Below the pieces are notes generated by a model that did no database searches, was not told where the DNA came from, and saw only the letters and a program-made list of their open reading frames with translations. The translations under genes and the position numbers were made by a program. DNA of 64,000 bases from Octopus vulgaris. Its lineage: Eukaryota. Below, piece after piece: positions 54,836-64,000 of this stretch (position 1 is its first letter; every line of letters starts with the position of its first letter). The stretch is taken from contig OX597828.1 of NCBI GenBank assembly GCA_951406725.2, positions 59,272,001 to 59,336,000 on the forward strand, read 5' to 3'.

Positions 54836-55265
54836 GGATCTTTTAGGTTTGAACAGCAGTTTTTTCTAGCGGTGTCATATGAAATTGTCACCCATAATTA
54901 TGACCCTAGTATCGATCTATTGCATTTCAATCTGTTTTAGGGTTAGGGTTTGTTAGGGTTAGGGTTAGGGTGGGGGGAAGAGTATCTTTTTTCTTCACAA
55001 ATGTAAATAAACCCAATCTGTTTCTTAAACGAGGGACATATTCATACGGCACAGAATGTTGTTTACCTCAATGGACGTCAATGATTGGTTGAAATTTCAG
55101 AAATTGAAGAAAAAAACAACAAGTATCTTACAAACTCTAGAATTTTCCCAATAAAGCCAAGAGAAAAAGATGTTTTATAAACACATGCTACCAGTATACG
55201 AAGTTTAAAATTTTTTAGTTACCTAGAAATTATGTTAAAAACTGCCGTTCAAACCGAAAAGATCC
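54836..55265. mobile_element. Merlin-like MITE with internal TTAGGG repeats
   Basis: TIRs GGATCTTTTAGGTTTGAACAGCAGTTTT and AAAACTGCCGTTCAAACCGAAAAGATCC; 8-bp TSD AAAATTGT at 54828-54835 and 55266-55273; GG termini plus an 8-bp TSD fit Merlin; related partial end at ~52234-52390. Confidence 0.75.
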
Positions 55266-56044
55266 AAAATTGTCATCTGTTGGTATTAATACATCGATTA
55301 GAAAGCATTTTTTTCTTCGTGATATCTGACAACTATATCTGGTCTGTTGGCCTTAATTTCTCTATCTGTGTGTATTGGTATATTCCAGAGTATGGTTGCT
55401 TTCTCGTTTTCTGTGGCCTTTTCTGGCATGTGCCAATACCATCTTTTTTCTGTTGTTATTCCAGAGTATTGGAATAGTTTCCAGTGTATATAGGTCCCAA
55501 CTCTGTCATGTCTGTGAATATATTCCTTCTTAGCCAGAACTGGGCAGCCAGAGACAATATGATTTATTGTTTCTTGTCCATCTCTACATATTCTGCAGTT
55601 ACTTGTATTTCTTTGCATTACATGTTTTTGGTAATTTCTGTTGGGAAAGCTTTCATCTTGTGCTGCAATTAAAAATCCTCCAGTCTCTGCTTTGAGTCCT
55701 GAACTTCTCAGCCTTTGCTGGAATTTTACTTTGTCTATTTCTTTTCCGTTTACTTCAATCCAGTATTTGCCATGAAGGGACTTTCCTTGCCATCGTTTTA
55801 CCATGATTCGTTGCTGCTCCAATTTTAGTTTGGATTTCAGTTGTTTTACAGCTTTTGTTGTTTCCTCTTTTTCTTCACAGTTGTTAGGTACTATGATTTC
55901 TTTTTAGCATTTGTCAGCTTCCTTAAAGACTGAAACAGTTTTTGTTCTGTTCGTGTTTTGTGACTAATTGTATTAGTTTTCCTTGCTACTGAAGTAGGTG
56001 TTTCTGTAGTCTTATGGAAGTTATTCTGTAATAGTGTTCTAGCT

Positions 56045-57045
56045 TCCTTACCTTTGTCGTAGACAGACGTGTTTTTTTTTGGCGGTGAGTCAAACGTTTT
56101 GTTGCACGTGGATAATTTTTCTATTGTTGAATGTTTATTGTTGAATATTTTCCAAATGTTGAACATTGTTGAACTTTGAAAGATTTTGTGCTTTTTCCCG
56201 GTGACGGGAGAAAGTAATTGTTGAAATATTGAAATTATTAATATTGAACTTATTAATATTACTAATATTGAACTTATTAACGCCGTTGTAGGCTTTATTG
56301 TCGTGCCCTCCCCCCCACCAGCGGGGGTGGCATTTGAACTGTTATCCTCATTAAGAGGAAAAAATATTATAGGTTTCCCGTTTTTTGGCATAAGCAATTT
56401 ATTATTGCGAGAAAAATTAAATTTTAGCTATTGTGGCATCCGTCACTAGCGTGGGCGAGATTTGAACTGTTGTCCTCGTTGTGAGGAAAAAAGAAAAATA
56501 TTATAGGTTTCCCGTTTTTTTGGATTCTATATTTTATTATTGTGTGGAAAAAAATTAATTTCGAACGTTGTAGGCTTTGTTGCTACGTCTCGCCCCCCAG
56601 TAGGAGTGGGATTTGAACTGTTGTCCCCGTTAAGAGAGAAAAAAAAAGTAAAAAATTATAGGTTTCCCTTTTTCTGGGATTAAATTGTGTATCATTTATT
56701 TCGAACGAATATGTCGGTCGAAATAATCCAAGAAACGAACCAGCTGCATGAGCCAGCAAAAAAGTTCGCGGCAGTAACCGCTGTATCTTAAGTGGAAGTC
56801 AAAAACAGGAAAGAAAAAGCAAGGGTCTACCCTGGTGCTCGGATGCCTATCCTTCAGAGAAGCCATTACAAGTTTCATTTGTAATGAGCAACGCTTAAGT
56901 CAAAAGTTATAAACATATTTATTAAATTATTGTATATTTTAAATTGTAAATATTTAATCACTACAGCTACTTCACCCTTTTATGTTTGTCTGTTCTTATT
57001 CGTCCCCTCTTTGTAATACCTTCATGGCAAATATTTATGAAATAA
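56045..57045 (+). mobile_element. ~1-kb non-coding retroposon-like insertion
   Basis: 15-bp TSD AATAGTGTTCTAGCT at 56030-56044 and 57046-57060; three diverged ~140-150 bp internal repeats; tail TTTGTCTGTTCTTATTCGTCCCCTCT...AATAAA. Confidence 0.8.
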
Positions 57046-58114
57046 AATAGTGTTCTAGCTGTATAAGGCCTCTACCACCTTCGATGCATTGTATATTTAA
57101 CCTTTCTATGTCAGATTTTGGGTGGTGCATCCTAAATCCTGTCATTATTTCTCTTCTTTTCCTGTCTATTTTGATTAGTTCATTAAGAATCCAGTAAATA
57201 AATTTTGTAGTTGTAACTTATAACTAAGACGGCTAGAGTGTTGACACCTATTATCTTGTTTTTCGCATTGAACTCTGTTTTCAGTATTAATCTGACTCGT
57301 TTATAGTATTCCTTTTTTATTTTCTCATTCATTTGTGTGTGTTGTATCGTATCTAGTTCATTGATTCCTAAGTATTTGTATGTTTGGCTTTCATTTGCTT
57401 TATTTAGTATGATGTTGCTACTCTTAACTAGTTTTCCTCTTTTCAAGATTGCTTTGGCGCATTTTTCTAAGCCAAATTTCATGTACTGTCTGTAGTAATG
57501 TTTCCAGTTGTTTATCATTTGTAGCGTACAGTTTTTAGATCATCCACATATAAGAGGAAGAGATGATTGTTTTGCCCTAACCGTTGTTTCCATATCCATT
57601 TCTAATAAGTATGTCAGATACAGATGTCAGTGCCAAGCAATAAAGGACGAGTGAAAGCGTTCTCCCTGGAATATTCTTCTTCCAATGGAGATGGCTTTTG
57701 TCTAGAGCGGTAACACTGCCATTTATTCATGGAATGTTTTATATATTTTATGATTATTGGTGCCACCTTGTTCATGGCTAGTGTTTCTAGGATCCATGTG
57801 AGGGAAATACTATCAAAAGCCTTTCAGTAATCAATCCAGGCCATACTGAGGCCATTTTTCTTTCTGCGGCTCTCTTCAGTTATGGCTTTATTGATCAGTA
57901 GCTAATCTTTACAGCAGTCTGAGCCCTTGCCGCAACCCTTCTGCTCTTCTGGGAACAAGTTGTTTTTTTCCAGATGTTTGCTCAATTTCAACGGCCGTAA
58001 AGGCTTTGTAAATTGTAGGGAAATAAGTTATCGGTTTATTACAACGTCAACACAACAACAACAATAATAATAAGAAGAATAACAATAATGATAATAATAA
58101 TAATAACTTTTTCA

Positions 58115-59712
58115 TTAACTTTAGATTACGGAAAACATTATGGAAAGTACAGGACAAAACAAAGAATTGTGTGAGTATGTGTGTGTTGTTGTGAGGGTTT
58201 TGCGTGTAGACAAAACTAACAAAATTAAAAAAAAGAAGAAAGAAATCAACAATAGGGAGGATACGTTCGAGGGATGCTCATGGAAAAACCCCATAAAAAA
58301 ACCATGGGGACCCTGACTTCTGGGGCAGCTGCCTTTTTTCCTTTCCTTTTTTTCCAACTACAGGCGTATGCTTAGGGGAGGCCCCTTCACTCGCACCATT
58401 CTCACCACTTACTTTCATCAAACTTTCAGCAAAGTTGCTTGAAGACAACACTTCCATCTCTGCCCTTATTTTCTTTTTCAAGTGAAACCTGGAGTTCATC
58501 AGGGATTAGTCAAAGGAAAAAGTGTTTGTCTTCAGCCCCTTCAATCTCATCCACTATACAATCTCTTTCGCCATGGTCACCAGGCATATAAAAACAGCTT
58601 TTCCTTCTCGATTAAAGGAAAAACGGCGGGGTGATCTTCACAATGGATTCAGTTGACAGCCGGATCCATCCCACACGCGACAGCAGGTGTTCGACATAAA
58701 CCTACATGTCAGTAATGCTAAGGCACTGGATGATTGCATGTAGGACCGTCTCGTCGTCCTGTGCGCATCTCGGACGTCCTCGGCTGACGGCACTTCCGTG
58801 CCTATAAAGTTTTTCTTGAATAAGCAAAGCTCCCCGGTAGCATTGTTAGGGCAGAAAGTTTTGGAAATTATCCATCGATTCTGACCTGAAAGTTTTCCGG
58901 ACAAGAGCGACTAGCTGATCTTCTTCGACACCCAAGGTCTCCCAAAGAACGTCGTCGTGCTTTTCCTCCACTAATCCTCTATAAAATGCTTAAGTGGACG
59001 TTCTGCCTATCGCACTGTGCGCTTAGCAGAGAGCTGTGAGCGCTTGAAGACAATTCACTTTCCAAATGCTCCCCACCCCCGATCTCTTTTTACCCAGGAC
59101 AGCAGCTCTGTTAAAGAAACTAGTTGCGGAAATAAGTATCTAGCAAACGGCGACCACACATGTTCATCGTCAAGGAAACACTGGAGATGTCGTAGCCTCG
59201 GCGCGTATCTGCACAACATCAACCATGGCATGCCCAGGTTACCACTCAGCGGGTACTGGCAGCAGATAGACCACCTGACCATCAGGACGCGTCCCTTCCG
59301 CAAGAAGCGGAAGAGTATACGATCCAGCGTAACCAGACGGAGGCCAGCACAAAGCCCGACGCTCAAGCGATAGAAGATGACGGACGCGGTATACGCACTA
59401 GCCACCTCTGCCCGATCTTTCAGGGATAGCTTTCTCTCGGCCCATTTCTGGGTGAGAGTAGTCACCTTGCTCGTTACCTCGTCCCAGCTTTTGTCCACCT
59501 GGAGGTCCGGACCAAACCAGATCCCGAGCAATTTAACCGGCCCGTCCGTTCAGCACCCAATAACGGAGTTGGATGGTACGGACTTGCTTCTCCAGGTGCC
59601 GAGCCGCAAGCCCACTGATATTGCCTGGTTAATTGTTGCCCTTGAAACTGCCTCGTAGTCTATGAGAGCGGTGCCGATCATTTCTATGTGTTTATGATCC
59701 GGCACCAGTCGG
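58115..59712 (-). mobile_element. Tx1/L1-clade LINE ORF2 3' half plus 3' UTR, decayed
   Basis: DYEAVSRATINQAIS, LLGIWFG, KWAERKLSLKDRA, and FRFLRKG...G.LGMP are Tx1-type post-RT motifs; truncated just after the expected YADD; frameshifts and stops. Confidence 0.8.
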
Positions 59713-59859
59713 CACTGTGTCTAACACGACCAATCATCAGAAATTTTGACACCTCCTTCGGGTTTGTTGTCCTACATCGCTCATAAAGTAAATTTGGAGG
59801 AACTGTGGTTGTTCATTTGTGGTTAACAGGGAACCAATGAGGGGATAGACTTGCACTTG

Positions 59860-60612
59860 AACTTTTACGTCGCCGTAAATTCATGTTAATCTATCTTTTT
59901 AGATGCAGTAAAATATGTCATTTGAAATGCAAAGTTTTATTGTCTGATATTGTTCAGAAAATCCTTTGTCTGGATGGAAGTGTCTTCTAGAAGATCCATA
60001 AGAGGTTGAAAAGGAGCTGGTAGTGCTGGCAATCTTACCTGACCGCCTGATCAGCAGATACCATTTGTTTCATTTGAAAATTTTAAAGTTCTGCAGAAAC
60101 GACAATTTGTGTTTAGCACACCAATTTGGACAGAGTAATCATTTTTATAAGAATGGGATGGCTCATACCTGAAAGCAGCCTCAGGAGTTGTGAAGAACGA
60201 ATTTGTACGTAGTCTGTTTCTGAGGGCTATTTTATCGGACCTCTGTCCAATCATTAAAACAATGATTTATTGATCTAGCATTAAGTGCTGCAGCATGCAT
60301 TCGCTGATCTTGGCCAAGTCTCGTCTCCCTTCTCTCTTGAGACTCCGTCTGACGTGCTGCAGCATGCTTTTGCTGATCATGAGAAAATCTCATCTCGCTT
60401 CTCTCTTCAAACTCTCGCCTTCGGGTTTTTATAATCATCCTTGCTTCTTGAGAGATTACGTCTTTTCTTTGGTGGCATATTTTTTTCAACATAGAAAATA
60501 ATTATACATTAATCCCTATTTTTGTAAGCAGTTTTATGTATGTAATATGTTTGCACGTATGAGCTGCTAAATTAACGGTAAATGCCACAATAAATTATTA
60601 TAGAGAAATTTC

Positions 60613-60652
<40 letters not shown>

Positions 60653-60768
60653 GTACATGTATCAAATGGACCCTAAATAAGGCGTGTGTAAAATTTGAAT
60701 GAAATCGGTTGTGTAGTTCTCGAGTTTTAGGGATTCACACAGACAGGCAGACACATATTCTCATCTTC

Positions 60769-60775
<7 letters not shown>
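59860..60775 (-). mobile_element. Helitron 5' end with N-terminal RepHel remnant
   Basis: QTESQERRETRL repeats, CRFCRTLKFSNETNGIC*SGGQVRLP zinc-finger-like motif, FLNNIRQ*NFAFQMT; 5' terminal segment with TGTCTGCCTGTCTGTG and CCGATTTCATTCAAATTT. Confidence 0.8.
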
Positions 60776-60814
<39 letters not shown>

Positions 60815-61798
60815 AGCACATATATGTATATATACATATATATACACATATACACACACACACACACACGCATATATATATATACATATATATATAATAT
60901 ATATGTACACGCGTGCACACACATGTATACACACTCACATATACAACATGCATATGTTGTTATGGACTTACCCCATCTTTCAACCTCCCTTGTATGCCAC
61001 TGTTATAGTAATTTCCCTTCATTCTCACAAAACCCAATGTATTTATCAAGTAACATGAGGAAACATTTCATCACAACTCGAAAAAAAATATGATAAAGCT
61101 TTTACTCTTGAGAGGTTAAACTTTTCTTTCTTACTTCAATAAATTTGTTCCACTGTTTGCACACTTTGTATTATTGTTTACCATTGCAGAGTATCACTAG
61201 TGTTCTCGGATTTTACAATTTCCCTAACAAACACGTGAATTCATAGTAATTGCTTTTCGTTTCACCTTGTCATTCACACATGACGCTATCTATTGCTTTG
61301 GTCTGTGTTGTGAGCTAACGGGTGGAAAGCAATACCATTTTAATTTCATTTACATCTCTCTTCTCTCACACAACTCCTTTAACATATAACGGCAATTCCG
61401 TTATCTTAAGAAGGTCTTTCTTTATATAACATATGGCTTCCTTCTCCTAGTAGAAAAAAATAATTAATCTTTCAATACCGGTTTTCATCGCCTATGCTCT
61501 TCTCCATGTTGCCGCCAGCTTCTTTTGTTCCTTGCTAACACACAAAAGCCTGGAATCCTTATACTGTCTGGAAATAATTTTGATTTACGGTTCCTTTCGC
61601 TCGGTTGTGTTCTACTATGTTTAATCATAGACATATTCATTTTACCATTTATGCAATACAGTGTATTACTCAAATTTGGAATTCTTGGATCAGAAAATGA
61701 CTAAAAAGACAGATTTGGTTATCTAGCTGCCGATATTGAAAACATATTCTTCGTCTACATATAAAGAGACCTTGTTCAGATATTCCTCAAATCAAACT

Positions 61799-61883
<85 letters not shown>

Positions 61884-62718
61884 GGATTCAAGGGAATCAC
61901 GTATTCAGATGGTAAAGCAACAAGGTCATTGATAGCGCTATCGTGTTCAAACAATATTTAAGGACAAATACGTACTTACTAAGGTATATATATATATATA
62001 TATGGTTTGACTACAAACCGTGCAACATTCTTCCCTGCGCCTTTGAAATATTATGTCCCTGCCGTAAGGCTTTACTTCCACACACGCCAGCTTAATTTAA
62101 TTCGTCCTTAGTCGAAAGACAGCTGTTGTTATGTCCTGTTATTTGCACTTGTATTTGTGTAACATTTCTCCGTTTTTTTTCCGTCTTTATATATATATGT
62201 ATGAATGTACGTACGTACGTATGTATGTACGTTTGTATGTATGCATGCATGTATGTATATAAACAATCTAATACACCTGCTTGTTGTTCACGCAACTATT
62301 TGTTTTTCTGTAAAGGACTTATTCTTTGTAACCCTAGTTATAAGAATAAATGAGTGAAAAAGTATTTTTCCCTCATTCTTATTCATTGTTATTTTTATTT
62401 ATCTATTTATTTACTTGTTTATTTGCTTATTTCATTTGTTCATTTTGATTACGTATATGTACATATGATTGTAATCAATTAATAAACAGATATAACTGAA
62501 TGTCTACAGGCTGATATCGATTGATTATCCTCTCCATTTTCTTATTTGCCTTATAAATTCTGGGCAAATTTCTGTTTTACCTTCACTCATACCTAGTATT
62601 CAATTGCGATACTACCCTGCGATAGTAAGCACTTGGATATAAATACGCAGGTATACATCCAGTAGTATACTTGATATTCACTATCCATTAGATGGTTGCT
62701 TAACCTCTAACTCATACA

Positions 62719-62780
<62 letters not shown>

Positions 62781-62794
62781 TTTGTAAAATTTGA

Positions 62795-64000
62795 TTTAGG
62801 ATTTCTACGGAACAAATCGCCCATGTACAATCGCCTAAGAAAGCCTTTATGGATGACGTGACACTTCTAGCTACAGATAAACAAATCATGCAGAATGCCC
62901 TTTTGAGATTAGACGAACGTGTAAGGTGGTCAAGGATGCGATTTAGAGCAAAAAAGTCGCGTAGTCTGACATTTGTTAAGGGAGTGCAGAAAGAATTTAA
63001 ATTTCGAATATCGGAAGAAAGCATTCCAACAGTCAAGGAAGAGCCCGTCAAGAGCTTGGGACGAGTATACGCTGGAACATTGTCAGATAGAAGTCGTGGG
63101 ATTGAAATTATGAAACAGGCCGAGGCTGGGTTATCAGCGATTGATGTTTCGAAGTTACCAGGTAAATATAAAATTTGGTGCTTGCAGTTCGGCCTGTACC
63201 CGCGACTTGCGTGGCCACTTTTAATATACGAAGTAGCATTGTCACGAGTTGAAAAGATCGAACAAAAATGTAATGTGTTCATTAGAAAGTGGCTAGGTCT
63301 ACCTCGTATGTTGAACAGCTCAGCTCTTTATCGTAAAAGAGGTTCGTTGCAGTTACCAATAGCATCAATAGTCGAAATATATAAGTTGGGGAAGATACGG
63401 ACGGTCATGATGCTGAGAGAATCGAAGGATATGGAAATCAGGCGTAACCCACCAGAGGTGAAAACAGCCAGGAAGTGGAAAGCAGAAGCAGAAACTGACA
63501 ACATCTTGTCTTCTCTTACACACAGAGATATGGTGGGAGCAACGCAGAACCATCGGAAAGGATTTGGTTTTGGCGCGGATCAGTTCAGACCGTTTGCAAG
63601 CATGATGCCGTGTGAACGCAGATCTGTTGTTAGCAACAGCGTCAAAACAAGAGAAGCAGAGAGAAGAGAGCTTCATTTGATCCGATGTGTTCATCAAGGT
63701 CAGATGACGAGATGGGAAGAACATGTTGTTGAGAGGAAGATAAGTTGGGATGAGATGTGGAAGTGGACAACATCTCGGCTGAGTTTCCTGATTCGTTCAT
63801 CTTATGATGTTTTGCCATCACCTACGAATCTAGTAAGATGGAACGTCTTAGAGAATGACGTCTGCAAACGTGGAAAAGTCGGTACACTAAAACATATTCT
63901 TTCCAACTGTTCGTTAGCATTGAACAGGTACACATGGAGGCACAACTTGGTCCTTAAGGTTATCTTCAATGCTATAAAGAATCAAATTCATCTCAACAAC
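62795..64000 (+). mobile_element. HERO-like (R2-group, RLE) non-LTR retrotransposon, 5'-truncated, frame open to the window end
   Basis: Manual translation gives no stop from 62795 to 64000: AFMDDVT, KSRSL, PVKSLGRVY, LPGKYKIWCLQFGLYPRLAWPLLIYEV, YDVLPSPTNL, CKRGKVGTLKHILSNC, RYTWRHNLVL. Missing from the ORF track because no stop lies inside the window. Confidence 0.85.

Larger units (their letters stand above)
54545..58040 (-). mobile_element. R4/Dong-like RLE non-LTR retrotransposon, 5'-truncated and decayed, with two nested insertions
   Basis: RT remnants (IFQG, LLYVDDLK, FGLEKCAK, YKYLG), CCHC finger CRICRDGQETINHIVSGC, HRHDRVG and NRPDIVV (PD endonuclease motif); both ends lie next to TAA/TTC-type microsatellites. 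Confidence 0.85.

Overview
Eukaryotic, AT-rich, repeat-dominated DNA with no confidently recognisable host gene. The tRNA-derived SINE families and the very high microsatellite load look like an octopus/cephalopod genome (inference from recalled sequence style, not a database result). Almost all ORFs in the track are microsatellite artefacts. Recognisable content: decayed Tc1/mariner copies and MITEs, Helitron RepHel fragments plus two copies of a non-autonomous Helitron, four non-LTR lineages (Penelope-like, R4/Dong-like, Tx1/L1-like, and an open-frame HERO-like copy at the window end), a Merlin-like MITE and dozens of SINEs. Highlights: (1) a head-to-tail pair of a ~1.75 kb ORF1-only (HAL1-like) retroelement with a Tx1-type RRM-like region and CCHC knuckle, no reverse transcriptase, and a 3' tail resembling that of the dominant SINE and of a TSD-flanked 1 kb non-coding retroposon; (2) several sequence-unrelated minimal type I hammerhead ribozyme motifs in short non-coding segments, often in fold-back arrangements typical of Penelope-like elements; (3) long near-perfect hairpins, a SINE-junction minisatellite with higher-order structure and a possible eroded LRR gene. 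All coordinates and alignments were read by eye.
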